NCBI GenBank assembly: GCA_948465545.1
Contig: CAOJXO010000001.1
Span: forward strand, 4,150-68,149
DNA from: an uncultured Bacillota bacterium
GTDB taxonomy: Bacteria > Bacillota > Clostridia > Christensenellales > UBA1242
Direction: 5' to 3'
Length of the DNA: 64,000 nucleotides
Part shown: piece after piece, positions 19,302 through 30,079 of the stretch
Numbering within the stretch: position 1 is the stretch's first letter
Layout: each line of letters begins with the position of its first letter
Notes under the pieces: model-generated
What the model was told of the DNA's origin: nothing
Databases searched by the model: none
What the model saw: the letters and a program-made list of their open reading frames with translations, nothing else
Program-made: the position numbers and the translations under genes

Positions 19302-21520
19302 ACCGGTATCCTCATTTGAATTTTAAATCCATTTATATATTGTTCATCTACAACCAAATCACCCTTCATCTCTTCTAATATTCTCTTTACGTGATACATA
19401 CCAATTCCAGACCCATTATCATAACTAATTCCGAAATCAAAAATAGTCTCTGGATCAACATTCTTTTTTAATCCAACACCATCATCAAAATAATCCATCA
19501 CGACAAACGAAGCTTTATCTTGTATTTCAAACCAGCATTTTTTTGCTTTTGCTTTTATTGAATTACTTATTAAATTTTCTAGCAAAGTACTAATATTTTG
19601 CGGACAAAATCTTAAAGAAATGTTCGAATGATTAGTTATAGCTATATCAATATTTCTATTTCTAAATATCTTTTCACAATACTCATCGATAAACTCCCCC
19701 AACTTTTGTGTTATAAACTCATCATTTAAATTAAAGTTGGCAACCCCACCATATTGTGTAAGAGAACGAATTCTTTCAACCAAAAAGCTTATATCCTTAA
19801 GAGTATTTTCTATATCCTCTTTTGAAGCACTCCCATTTTTTACATCATCATATAATAAACAAATATTCTTTTTAATTGTATCAATGTTGATATTAACGGT
19901 ATGCATCTTTTCAATAAAATTCTTTTGCTCAATCGAAAGTGCATCCTCCATAAAAAACGATTTATTCCGTTCAGATTCATATTGATTTTGAAGTTTCTCG
20001 TTTTTATCGCTTATTTTTTGTATTGTCTTACTGTTTTCCTGATTTTCTTTGTACAGAGCCTTGGTTGTCCCAATAACATTATTTGCAAGCACTTGAAAAT
20101 TTTTATCTTTAGATTTTTGAGCTATATCCTTTAACCTATTTAATTTACTTTCTACATTATCAGCACTTGCTTCTTGAATAACATTAAGCAGGTCTGTATT
20201 ATAATCAATATCAATTATATCTTTTCTTTTTGAAATAGAAGCTAACTGATTAATAATCTCAAGTTTAACATCTTCTGGATTCAGTGCCTTTGTTTTCCCA
20301 GCTAAAATATCCTCTTTCGATAAATCACCCCATTCTATTACATCAACAACATATTTTTCTAAAAATTTTAAGACTTTATTGTAAAAGCAATCAATCAATT
20401 GATTATATCCTTTTGATTCGAGAAATCCACTGTTTCTACTCGATGTCTCAATAAAATGTTTATCATCGCAAGTTATTGATATTCGTCCTATAACTTCACG
20501 AGTACCCAAATATCTATTATATCCCTGAGTTTTTCTTCTGTCCATATCAAAGAAATCTTTCCCCGGCTCACCGTAAGGAAAAATTCTAAAATTATTTTTA
20601 TATATAAATACCGAACCATAATTAACTGACTCAATCCCCATAGACTTTGTGAACTCTGATTTTGCACTTCTATTTAGGTAAAATAATTTTATTTTAATAG
20701 AAAACAAATTATCAAATTCATTTTTTTCTTTTACGGAATAAATATACCTTCCTCTATCATATAGTGCAGTTTTAATTTGTTTACCATCTTCAGAAATGTC
20801 CAACTCAACACTCGTAGTTTTTATATTTAATTTTTCAAATATATCATTAAAGATACGGCCATTAATTTCATTGTCAGTCAATTCTTTTACATGGAGATAA
20901 ATATCAAAAGAATCATGTGTTTCGTTATCTGGATTTATTAGTCGCTTAAGTGCATTTTTTAATTGTATAATATTATCTTTTGTCCAAATTTCTCTTAAAT
21001 TTGATAATATTATCTTAGTCCCACATTTCATTATTGGTTCAACAGTATCATACTTAACATCTACATTTATAAATTCGTTTTTATCATCTTGCTCAAAGTT
21101 ATCCCAATTTATTTTTAATACATTAGTTTTATTGCAATATACTGTATTAGTATATAAATCTAATGAAGCACCAAGTCTATCACAAGAAAATCTCCCTACA
21201 CCTTTTGCTCCAGCAGCAACTCTCTTAATTCTTTCGCGGTAGTCAGATGTTTGATTTCTGATTTTTTTTTCAGAGTATGCTACAAAGAGCCATTTATTTT
21301 TAATATCTTCGTAGTTCATTCCACAACCATTATCTTCGATTGTAATTGATGTTCTATTAATGTCAAAAATATTGTTAAAAGATATATCTACCCTCGTAGC
21401 ACCCGCATCATATGAATTTTTAACCAATTCAAAAACAGCAATAAATTTATCGTTTATCAACTCTTTTCCAATAATATTTTTTAGCGCAGAACTAATTTTA
21501 AAATTTAAATTTTCACTCAT
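19289..21520 (-). CDS. GHKL (MORC/MutL-like) ATPase fused to a histidine kinase
   Basis: N-terminal ELVKNSYDA, DNGCGM, GAKGVGRFS; coiled coil; C-terminal MH box, ENLISNS, DDGVG, IFDFG, GSGIGMY. Confidence 0.88.
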   Translation of the reverse strand: MSENLNFKISSALKNIIGKELINDKFIAVFELVKNSYDAGATRVDISFNNIFDINRTSITIEDNGCGMNYEDIKNKWLFVAYSEKKIRNQTSDYRERIKRVAAGAKGVGRFSCDRLGASLDLYTNTVYCNKTNVLKINWDNFEQDDKNEFINVDVKYDTVEPIMKCGTKIILSNLREIWTKDNIIQLKNALKRLINPDNETHDSFDIYLHVKELTDNEINGRIFNDIFEKLNIKTTSVELDISEDGKQIKTALYDRGRYIYSVKEKNEFDNLFSIKIKLFYLNRSAKSEFTKSMGIESVNYGSVFIYKNNFRIFPYGEPGKDFFDMDRRKTQGYNRYLGTREVIGRISITCDDKHFIETSSRNSGFLESKGYNQLIDCFYNKVLKFLEKYVVDVIEWGDLSKEDILAGKTKALNPEDVKLEIINQLASISKRKDIIDIDYNTDLLNVIQEASADNVESKLNRLKDIAQKSKDKNFQVLANNVIGTTKALYKENQENSKTIQKISDKNEKLQNQYESERNKSFFMEDALSIEQKNFIEKMHTVNINIDTIKKNICLLYDDVKNGSASKEDIENTLKDISFLVERIRSLTQYGGVANFNLNDEFITQKLGEFIDEYCEKIFRNRNIDIAITNHSNISLRFCPQNISTLLENLISNSIKAKAKKCWFEIQDKASFVVMDYFDDGVGLKKNVDPETIFDFGISYDNGSGIGMYHVKRILEEMKGDLVVDEQYINGFKIQMRIPVCEK

Positions 21521-22704
21521 GATTCTAACAACCTCCTAAAACACAGAGCTATTTGTTCGGCAAACAGTGGCGGTACAGCATTGCCTACTTGTGTAAATCT
21601 TGGGACGTCTTTTTTCCTCAGCTTTCCTCCAGTTGTATATTTCCCTTTAAATTCATACCAGTCCGGAAAACTCTGAAGCCTAGCTAACTCCCGCACGGTT
21701 AAAATTCTAGGCTCAATATAATGCACAAAATCATCTGGATGTGTTGTGATAGTTGGCGAAACACCTTGAGGATCTAGCAAAACAACACCTCTCCTTTTCA
21801 AATTTGGAATCAGATTATCAGAAGGTTTGTATCTTTTACCTTTTTCTAGGTTGTCAATCATATACTGTTGCATATTGACAATATCTTGATTATGTTTCGC
21901 AAATCTATGACTGTCCGGTCTAACATTAGCCTTTAAGTTTTTACGCATAAATCTTTGATAGGCTGTATTCTTGTTTCCATATATCCCACTTCTAAATTCT
22001 TGCTTACAATCGGGACATCTGTATGTCCCATTACTTTCCAACAAATCAGAGATTGCATCATAAATGCTATTTTTCTGTTTTAATTTTTTTGACCTTAAAA
22101 ATTCAGACTTATTCTGTATTAGGTTATCAAAAAAATCATCTATATCATCTCTTAGACTCCCTATCAAGATAAATCTAATTCTTCTTTGGGGCACTCCAAA
22201 ATCACTCATTAAAATTTCTTTTGTTCTAATATTGTAACCTAGATTCCTTAATCCCTGTATAACTAAATCAGAATATTTTATATTTCCACCATCATCAAGT
22301 TTAAAGTCAACAGAAATTCCATGCACGTTTTCCATCAAAATATACTTTGGCATCACACATTTCACAAATTCTATATACTTATTAACCATATCATTCCTAA
22401 AATCACTATGATCTCGCCTTCCAGCCATAGAAAAGCCTTGACATGGAGGTCCCCCCACGACTAAATCCACATTGTTTTTTAAATCTTTTAAATTAGCACT
22501 ATAATCATTTAGTATTTCAGTAATATCGTGCTCTTTTTGTGGTAACCATGCTGGCCATTCAAAATGATTTTTATCAATCAAATTATATTTTAATGTAGAA
22601 AAAGCATCTTTGTTCTTTTCAATTGCAAAAACTCCCGTAAATCCAGCATTACAAAAACCTAATGATAATCCACCTGCACCAGCAAATAAATCTATATAGT
22701 TCAT
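21517..22704 (-). CDS. C5 cytosine DNA methyltransferase
   Basis: DLFAGAGG, GPPCQGFS, ENV, QRRIR, RELARLQSFPD, VGNAVPP. Confidence 0.95.
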   Translation of the reverse strand: MNYIDLFAGAGGLSLGFCNAGFTGVFAIEKNKDAFSTLKYNLIDKNHFEWPAWLPQKEHDITEILNDYSANLKDLKNNVDLVVGGPPCQGFSMAGRRDHSDFRNDMVNKYIEFVKCVMPKYILMENVHGISVDFKLDDGGNIKYSDLVIQGLRNLGYNIRTKEILMSDFGVPQRRIRFILIGSLRDDIDDFFDNLIQNKSEFLRSKKLKQKNSIYDAISDLLESNGTYRCPDCKQEFRSGIYGNKNTAYQRFMRKNLKANVRPDSHRFAKHNQDIVNMQQYMIDNLEKGKRYKPSDNLIPNLKRRGVVLLDPQGVSPTITTHPDDFVHYIEPRILTVRELARLQSFPDWYEFKGKYTTGGKLRKKDVPRFTQVGNAVPPLFAEQIALCFRRLLES

Positions 22705-22712
22705 GATTTCTC

Positions 22713-24908
22713 CTACTTAATTATTTCCTCAAGAATCTGCCAATTCTCGTCTTTCAGTTGTTCATTATAAATAGTTGTATTAAGCAACAATGTGTTTGAT
22801 CCTTCATCAAAACGTACAAAGCCGACTTTTACATTGTTTTCATTGCCATATTGAATTAAGGCATCAAACTTTTGATTCGCAAATTTATCAACATTCTGAT
22901 TTACACCACCTATAGACTCTCCACCTTTTGTTTCTAAAATCCATACTTTGTTACTATTATCCATAACAATATAATCTGGATAGAAATGTCTTTGTTTGCC
23001 TGTATTATCTTGGTAAATAATTGAAAAATATTCTTGAGATGATTCACCGTTCTTAAAGAACCATTTTAATTTATGCTGACAATAATCCTCGAATATTATT
23101 TCAGGTCTACTTCTACCCACAACAGAACTAATGTAACCTGCATAAACATTTTTATCGTATGCTTTAACTACTTTTGCACTTGGGTTATAACCTATAATGC
23201 ATTCCCGCGGAAAAATAAACGTTGACTTGTTTACTTTTGCTTGTAATGTCATTTGTAATGATGCATCAGCTACAGCACTATTAAATTCCTTCATCAACAA
23301 CTCTTTATTATTAATAACAAATGCATAAAGGTCTCTATAACTAAGATTGAGTAGATTCGATTTATATGATGTCTGTTCTGTAAATAAATTTCTTAGTATT
23401 GTATTAGTGTATTCATAAATTATACCAGCGCTTGATCCAATTTGACTTACTGCTTTATGAAAATCTCTACCATGAGTATGTGTATTTAAAGGAATGTAAA
23501 TATCAGCACTGTTTAATTTATCTCTATCAAAATTTTCAGCCTCTACGACTTTCCCACTAACAGTATGAACACTAATACTTTTATTAAAATCGTATCCATA
23601 TGTTTCTAATATCGACTCGTTTTTTTCATAGTTTTTAACCTTTAAATTGTAATGTTTTATAATTGATTCAGCCAATAATTCTCTAACCTTATTTGGATCA
23701 ACGGGATTTTTAATGGTAGGATTATAATATTTTACTAGTGAAAAATCTGAGAATTCTTTTTTCAAGAACAACTTCTTTACTTCACTTGCACCATTCCCAA
23801 AATGTTGCTTAACTCCTTGAGTAAACTTTTCGTCAAATGTATAAAGATAACACACATCCAATAAATCACAACCATAATGTTTTGCTTCTGGCATTCTTCT
23901 AATTCGTCCAATAGTTTGTGTTTCAAAAGTTTCATCCATATTATCACGAAGTTTAACCAAAATATGTGCTCTTGTACAATCCCAACCCGTTGCTACTGCT
24001 TGTTTTATTATTATCGCAACAGGTTCTGCGTTGAAATCCTCGATATCTTCAAGATTTTCTTTCTTATCAGCTAACCATATTGCTAATTTTTTATTTTCAT
24101 ATGAAATATTTTTTGTATCTAAATATTCTTCTACCTCTTGTAATTTAGCATCTGAATTATTTGGCATTTGAATAACAATTAGCGGATTAATTGAAACACC
24201 AATTTCTTGAAATTTTTTCTTTATTATGAGTTGTTTTTTTATTGCTAAATCCAATAAATATGATGTTTGATCTTCAATCATTTTCCCATCTTCAACACCT
24301 TCATTTATATATAGCATCTTCTTTATTAGACCCTCTGCAATTACAGTTTCATCTTTTATCTCAATCATTGTTGCTGACGAATTTTTAACTGGAGTGGCAG
24401 ACGCTCTTACGACGCATTCTGGCTTAAACAATTGAATTATTTCATTTGCTTTATATGTTTTATTAAGATGCTCCTCATCAACAATCAAGATAAAACTAAG
24501 ATTATCAAACTTAGCTTTTCTAATCTTGTCTTTCAGATTATCTCTTTCGCTATCTACTAGCGCATTATTTCCTTTCTTTGTTACTAATTCCCAATTTATA
24601 AAAGAAATAGAATTCTCAGTAAAACCTGCACTTAATATATCATTTAACAACTTGGTTTCTGCTAATGGGAAATACGAATTCATTTTATTTTTGCTCTGCT
24701 CTTCTAAATTCCCCTTCCCAGGTGTAAGCCACACAAAACAACAACCTGAGTTCCTTTTATTATATTCGTTAACAAAATTGCAAAGCATAACCGTTTTTCC
24801 ACTGCCAGTAGGACTCTTTAAAATTATTTCTTTATCTCCTTTCTCGACAGTAGCAACAAGCCTTTCAATTGTATCAACTTGAAACTCTTTTAATTTAATA
24901 TTCTGCAT
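22713..24908 (-). CDS. res: Type III restriction endonuclease Res subunit
   Basis: SPTGSGKT, DEEH, SATP, QTIGRIRR helicase motifs; C-terminal PDY...LETKG nuclease motif. Confidence 0.88.
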   Translation of the reverse strand: MQNIKLKEFQVDTIERLVATVEKGDKEIILKSPTGSGKTVMLCNFVNEYNKRNSGCCFVWLTPGKGNLEEQSKNKMNSYFPLAETKLLNDILSAGFTENSISFINWELVTKKGNNALVDSERDNLKDKIRKAKFDNLSFILIVDEEHLNKTYKANEIIQLFKPECVVRASATPVKNSSATMIEIKDETVIAEGLIKKMLYINEGVEDGKMIEDQTSYLLDLAIKKQLIIKKKFQEIGVSINPLIVIQMPNNSDAKLQEVEEYLDTKNISYENKKLAIWLADKKENLEDIEDFNAEPVAIIIKQAVATGWDCTRAHILVKLRDNMDETFETQTIGRIRRMPEAKHYGCDLLDVCYLYTFDEKFTQGVKQHFGNGASEVKKLFLKKEFSDFSLVKYYNPTIKNPVDPNKVRELLAESIIKHYNLKVKNYEKNESILETYGYDFNKSISVHTVSGKVVEAENFDRDKLNSADIYIPLNTHTHGRDFHKAVSQIGSSAGIIYEYTNTILRNLFTEQTSYKSNLLNLSYRDLYAFVINNKELLMKEFNSAVADASLQMTLQAKVNKSTFIFPRECIIGYNPSAKVVKAYDKNVYAGYISSVVGRSRPEIIFEDYCQHKLKWFFKNGESSQEYFSIIYQDNTGKQRHFYPDYIVMDNSNKVWILETKGGESIGGVNQNVDKFANQKFDALIQYGNENNVKVGFVRFDEGSNTLLLNTTIYNEQLKDENWQILEEIIK

Positions 24909-24909
24909 A

Positions 24910-26508
24910 CTATTTATCTAACTCCTCATAATAATAATTCGGTATAAAAACTAATTCTATATTTCTTTTTTCAAACTCTTCTTGTTGCTCAATTGTTGGC
25001 AAAACATCGTGGCTTAGATATATCTTTTTACATAAACTAGCTTCATTTGTTTTCAAAAACGAAGAGAGTTCTGCTTCCGTCAATATAATTGCAATTTTAT
25101 TATCGTTTTTGAAATTAACCCCATTCTCTAGTTCAACAAGTTCCCTAATATGTTTTAATAATTCATCAGCATATTCATAGTAAAGTTTGCCTAATATATT
25201 AACAAAATCAACTTTCATATATTTTAAACTTTCCTTATAATCTTCCTTTTCAATTACTCTTTTAATTCTTTCGTAGGTTACTTCTTTACAAATGTTATTT
25301 TCATTATTTGTACAAAGAATAAACCTTCTATTTCCACCATCTTCAGCATTCAGTTTCATAATAGCATGGCCTGTTGTTCCTGATCCCGCAAAAAAATCTA
25401 AAACTCGTATATTTTTATCTGTTATTGTTTTTAGAAGAGTTGTCACAAATTTCACAGACTTGGGATAAGAAAAAATTTTTTTATTATCAAACAACTCTGC
25501 CAAGTCGTTTTTTCCTTCAATACTTCCCCCAAAGTCCATCGTCATACTTCTTGGTTTTTTTCCATTCGTATTTAAGTATTGTTTAAATTGGACAGAGCAA
25601 GTTCCATCAGCTTTAGGAACTATTCTCACATCTCCATTTAGCACCTCCTGTTTATACCTTTCCTCACTATGTATCCAACCATAATTCATAATAGTACCAT
25701 CAGGAGCAACAATGTCATAGAATATTGGATTTTTTAATCCGGGCCTTGCAAATGTATCCCAAAAAAATCTCCCTTTAGAATCCTTTTCCTTATATCTTTT
25801 TAAATAATCTTCATCGTGTTCAATAAACATTTCTTCTGTTCTTGCAATATTTTTTGCATATACTAAGCAATATTCATGTTCCTTAACAATAAACTTAGAA
25901 TCACTACCACCACCTACTTTTGACTGTTTAATATAAGTAGCAATATAGTTTGCCCCATCAAATATCATATCCATTAGAAATTTTAAACTTGCATATTCAT
26001 TATCATCAATAGAGATAAATATAATCCCCTTTTCATTTAATAAGCGATGTGCGATTTTAAGTCTTTTCTCAACAAAAGAGATCCATTTGCTATGCCTAAA
26101 AGTATCTGTTTCATCAACAAATTTATCATCATATACAAAATCATTGTTGCCGGTATTATAAGGTGGATCTATATAAATCACATCAATTAATCCTTTATGT
26201 GTCCTTTCCAGAAGTTGCAAAGATGCAAGATTGTCACCTTCAATCAAGAAATTCATTTGCCCACCATTATCAACAAACAAATCTTTTCTTTCCGTTAAAA
26301 CTGGAATACTTTGTTCTAATGTATCGTCAATAGTTTCTTTATGTTCTTCAAACACAAGTCCGTATTTTTTTTCTGATATTTCTTTTTCTAGGTTATCAAG
26401 ATAAGTACTAAATTTTCCCTCACTATCTTCTTTCAATAAAACATTTCTAAGCTCTTTTATCTCACTTAGAAGTTGCTCTCTTCTCTCTTTTGATATATTT
26501 GCACTCAT
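24910..26508 (-). CDS. mod: Type III restriction-modification Mod subunit (adenine MTase)
   Basis: IEGDNL, IYIDPPYN, YPK, DFFAGSGTT; adjacent to Res. Confidence 0.92.
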   Translation of the reverse strand: MSANISKERREQLLSEIKELRNVLLKEDSEGKFSTYLDNLEKEISEKKYGLVFEEHKETIDDTLEQSIPVLTERKDLFVDNGGQMNFLIEGDNLASLQLLERTHKGLIDVIYIDPPYNTGNNDFVYDDKFVDETDTFRHSKWISFVEKRLKIAHRLLNEKGIIFISIDDNEYASLKFLMDMIFDGANYIATYIKQSKVGGGSDSKFIVKEHEYCLVYAKNIARTEEMFIEHDEDYLKRYKEKDSKGRFFWDTFARPGLKNPIFYDIVAPDGTIMNYGWIHSEERYKQEVLNGDVRIVPKADGTCSVQFKQYLNTNGKKPRSMTMDFGGSIEGKNDLAELFDNKKIFSYPKSVKFVTTLLKTITDKNIRVLDFFAGSGTTGHAIMKLNAEDGGNRRFILCTNNENNICKEVTYERIKRVIEKEDYKESLKYMKVDFVNILGKLYYEYADELLKHIRELVELENGVNFKNDNKIAIILTEAELSSFLKTNEASLCKKIYLSHDVLPTIEQQEEFEKRNIELVFIPNYYYEELDK

Positions 26509-26627
26509 TTATCGCTCCATCTCCTTTAATATCTTTAACCAATAAATTACCTATATCTCCAACAACTCACTATATCAAGTACATTATAACATATAATGGT
26601 TAAAGGTGTATATTGTCTACGAAAACA

Positions 26628-27518
26628 CTATCTATTTATTCTAAAGTAATCTAACAATTGTCTATATTTGTCCTGTGCTGACAAACAGGTGTCGAGTAGA
26701 TAGCCTCGTTCACTATCCCATTCTTTGAGTCCACGGTAATAATAGAATTTTAAGTCATCATCTATTACGAATGGAACTATGTTGTTAGCTAGGCATTCTT
26801 TAAACATAATTAAACGACCAACTCTGCCGTTGCCATCTTGGAATGGATGAATTTTTTCAAAGTTCTGATGAAACTCAACTATATCTTCTAAGGTCTTTTG
26901 TTGTTTTAAGTTGTAAGTTTCTAGAAGTTTTTTCATCTCATTTGCAACACTTTCTGGTTTGCATGTCTCTTCACCACCGACTTCATTTGGAAGTTTTTTA
27001 TATGCACCCACATTAAACCAATGTTTACGGCTATCTGACGTTCCGGTTTTTAAAATGAAGTGCAACTCATTTATCATTGATTCGGTTAAAATTTTCTTCG
27101 AATTATCGATGATATAGTCAATGCATTTGAAATGGTTTGAAGTTTCTATAACATCATCAATATTAATTGTTGCATTGTCAACGCCAATTGTATTAGTTTC
27201 AAATATAAATCTCGTTTGGTCTTCTGTAAGCTTACTACCCTCGATATGATTTGAATTGTAAGTCAATTCAATTTGAGTTTTGTGGTAGATGCCACCTTTT
27301 AACTTCATATCTTTTTGTTCTTTCAAAACATTCAAAAGTTCATTATCACTAAACTTTGTCTTATTCTCTCTTTCTGGCTTAACTGCATCGGCAGGGATAT
27401 TCCATGTTTTTCCTGTTAAAAAAACACCTTTAATTCTGCCTTGTGCACAATAGTTTCTAACAGACCTATCGCTCATCCCCCATTTTTTAGCAATTTCAGA
27501 AACTGATAAAAATTTCAC
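26628..27518 (-). CDS. HTH-Fic family protein
   Basis: N-terminal excisionase-like HTH, SNHIEG inhibitory motif, HPFQDGNGRVGR Fic motif. Confidence 0.92.
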   Translation of the reverse strand: MKFLSVSEIAKKWGMSDRSVRNYCAQGRIKGVFLTGKTWNIPADAVKPERENKTKFSDNELLNVLKEQKDMKLKGGIYHKTQIELTYNSNHIEGSKLTEDQTRFIFETNTIGVDNATINIDDVIETSNHFKCIDYIIDNSKKILTESMINELHFILKTGTSDSRKHWFNVGAYKKLPNEVGGEETCKPESVANEMKKLLETYNLKQQKTLEDIVEFHQNFEKIHPFQDGNGRVGRLIMFKECLANNIVPFVIDDDLKFYYYRGLKEWDSERGYLLDTCLSAQDKYRQLLDYFRINR

Positions 27519-27546
27519 TTAAATCTCTCCTAAATTTAATAATTTT

Positions 27547-27603
27547 ATTATATACCGATATCGGCAAAAAGTCAAACAAATCATACAATAATTATTGCCG
27601 ATA
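27547..27603 (-). promoter_or_regulatory. Fic promoter with palindromic operator
   Basis: minus-strand TTGACT/TATAAT with CCGATATCGG palindrome between them and a second TTGCCGATA half-site. Confidence 0.5.
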
Positions 27604-27688
27604 AAATATTTTTAAAAACTTCGAAAAAAGACTTGCAAAAGAATTTTATTTACGCTATACAACACACAACCAAATTTATGGAGGTATT

Positions 27689-27931
27689 ATGAAACACATT
27701 ATAGAAATAGTTATGATCATTCTTGAATCAGAAAAACGAGGTGCTGATACACAACTTCAATTAAACAAAGTTTGTGAACTTGAAGATGCATTCACAAAAG
27801 GTTTTTCAAAAGAAGAATGGCGTGAATATATAGATTTAGATAATGAAAAAAGCCAACTTCATTCTCTTGAAATTGACCATGCCATTGAAATTACTTATAA
27901 AGTTTGCAAAGAACTATTTAATGGGCGCTAA
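27689..27931 (+). CDS. small hypothetical protein
   Basis: GGAGG RBS, 80 aa, upstream TTGCAA/TATACA promoter-like elements. Confidence 0.65.
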   Translation: MKHIIEIVMIILESEKRGADTQLQLNKVCELEDAFTKGFSKEEWREYIDLDNEKSQLHSLEIDHAIEITYKVCKELFNGR

Positions 27932-27935
27932 TAAT

Positions 27936-28538
27936 TTATTTTTTATCCCAAGCAGAAATATAATATGGATTATTAAGAATTCTATCTTTCATTCTCATAA
28001 GTTCCTCTCTCAAGTTATTAAAATCATACTCTATCTTTTTTGCCCGCCTATTATATGTAGAATATATTTTAGTTTCCTCGTCATAAGTCCTTAAATGGGG
28101 TGATTTTTCGATTGTTTTACGCACTTTCTCATCAATTGAACCATTTAGAATATTATAATCACCTAAATTATAACCAAACTCATCATATCTCTCATCGAAA
28201 TGTTCATTAGTATTTCAAGCTTCCTTTTGAAAAATCAAAGGGAACTCACTTCTATTTATATTAAAAGCCTCTCTAAGATTAGCACATCTTTGAGTTGCCT
28301 TTTTATCAAATCCCACATATGTATAAAACACATTAGAAATACAACCACAAGCAGTTAACAAACTTTGAATATGAAAAAAATAATAGGTATGTCTATTAAT
28401 ATACAAGTCCTCGTCATAATTATTAGCATTTAATATATATTCTAAGGATATAAGTGCATAATTAATATTTTGCATCACGCTATTGCCAAAAACAAATTCT
28501 AGTTCTTCTCCATCCAATTCAATATAACGATTAAACAT
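27936..28538 (-). pseudogene. HEPN-like gene with an in-frame TGA
   Basis: the 107 aa and 62 aa ORFs share one frame; reading through TGA at 28215-28217 gives ...KEA*NTNEHFDER..., about 200 codons. Confidence 0.75.
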
Positions 28539-28631
28539 ATTCTTCTCCCAATGTCAAATTTTATTTATAATAAACCCCGTGTTAAGCAAAACACACTCAA
28601 AAAGAAAATCACTTTTTAACAGAATAACTAC

Positions 28632-29882
28632 TTAATTATCTCTACAAGTGAGATATACTACCCCATTTTCTTGATTACATTTTTCTAAATAACAAGCTGT
28701 TTGTACTAATAACTTTATTTCAGAAAGTCCCATGGTATCAACATCTATTTTTACATATTTTTTAGCAAATTCTTGAGAAAACCATTCAGCACATTTTAAC
28801 CCAAAATGAAGATTTGATTCTTTTATAATCAAATCTGTCGTACTTTCTTCTTCCGTAAGATAACAAAATATTTTTGATAAGTGATAATCGCATTGCTTAT
28901 ATTTGTATCTTGGGGTACAACTAAGGGCTTCATGAAATTTACTATATTCATTGTCCTTATCATCTATATCATCAATTGAGTTACATAAATTTTCAATCCT
29001 TGTCACCAAATAATCTCTATATTTCTTAACGGGCACTTCATTATTACTATTCGTCAATTTACAAGATAAATATTCAATAGCTTGATCAATTTCATAATAA
29101 TTACTATATCTTTCAATTAATATTTGCTTCACATCTTTCAATATATCAATTGGTTGTTGACTTCTATTTACTTTCCTACAAGACCATATGTTTTTATATT
29201 TTTGAATTTGGTCTTGTACCCACATTGTAGCAATGTTTACCAATTCGTAACGTGATTTTATATATTCTTTTAATAACGAAAAAGAAAAAGTAATATGGAG
29301 CGAAGCTTCAAACCTGTTCGAATAAACACAAACCCCAACATCATCTTTTCCTCTCCTAAGCCGTGCAATATCCCTATTCGCAATAACCCACGGAGCATAT
29401 TGAATCTCTCCCTCCTGCATAAGCCCACTTTTGGCATGTCGATCGGTCGCATATGGATGTGCAAAGGCTAAGGCCCTAAAATATTCAAAAAACTTATCGT
29501 CTGTCGGAGGATTCAATCTTGCTTCATAAAAAGAATTTCCTTCTGGATAATTGTTTTTTTCATAAATATGTTCAAAAAATTTTCTACTATCCGCTCCTTT
29601 TGAATACGGATAATCAATACCTATAACAGAAAAAAGCTTGGCTACTGCATCTTTAATCATGCAAGCAAAAGTTAAAAAATTGATAAAAACTTCTTCGCTT
29701 TGAGGATATTCAGAAAAAGTATTCAAGTGCTTAACACAACTATCTAATCTATCCATGACCACACAAATTAAGTTCCATTTTCCTTTCAACTCTGGTGCCG
29801 AATAAAATATAGGAGAGTTGTTTATTTCCTCCCTAAATTTTCTAATTATATTTTCATCTAAATATTTATTTTCCATTTTCAT
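28632..29882 (-). CDS. hypothetical protein, possible HEPN-like N-terminal domain
   Basis: 416 aa; helical with YFRALAFAHP (Rx5H); island context. Confidence 0.6.
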   Translation of the reverse strand: MKMENKYLDENIIRKFREEINNSPIFYSAPELKGKWNLICVVMDRLDSCVKHLNTFSEYPQSEEVFINFLTFACMIKDAVAKLFSVIGIDYPYSKGADSRKFFEHIYEKNNYPEGNSFYEARLNPPTDDKFFEYFRALAFAHPYATDRHAKSGLMQEGEIQYAPWVIANRDIARLRRGKDDVGVCVYSNRFEASLHITFSFSLLKEYIKSRYELVNIATMWVQDQIQKYKNIWSCRKVNRSQQPIDILKDVKQILIERYSNYYEIDQAIEYLSCKLTNSNNEVPVKKYRDYLVTRIENLCNSIDDIDDKDNEYSKFHEALSCTPRYKYKQCDYHLSKIFCYLTEEESTTDLIIKESNLHFGLKCAEWFSQEFAKKYVKIDVDTMGLSEIKLLVQTACYLEKCNQENGVVYLTCRDN

Positions 29883-30079
29883 TCATTGTATCATAAATAA
29901 CTAAAAATGTATAGTTTAATTTACAGTTTTCTCAAACTCTTAATTGTTCCATTTGTGTTGTAAACATCATTGCTGTCTACCTTTACTCTAAATTGGTCTA
30001 AAAATGCCATTTTCATATTCTCCCTTTAATTTAATTTTTGAAATAAAAAATCACGAACCTTTGCTCGTGATTCCCATTT

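Noticed and set aside
28215-28217. TGA recoded as Trp, Gly or Sec
   Set aside because: TGA acts as a stop in many ATGA gene overlaps here, and the motif calls for Arg
29921-30016. 31 aa minus-strand ORF with a good RBS (MKMAFLDQFR...)
   Set aside because: Too short and without a recognisable motif; likely a truncated gene start
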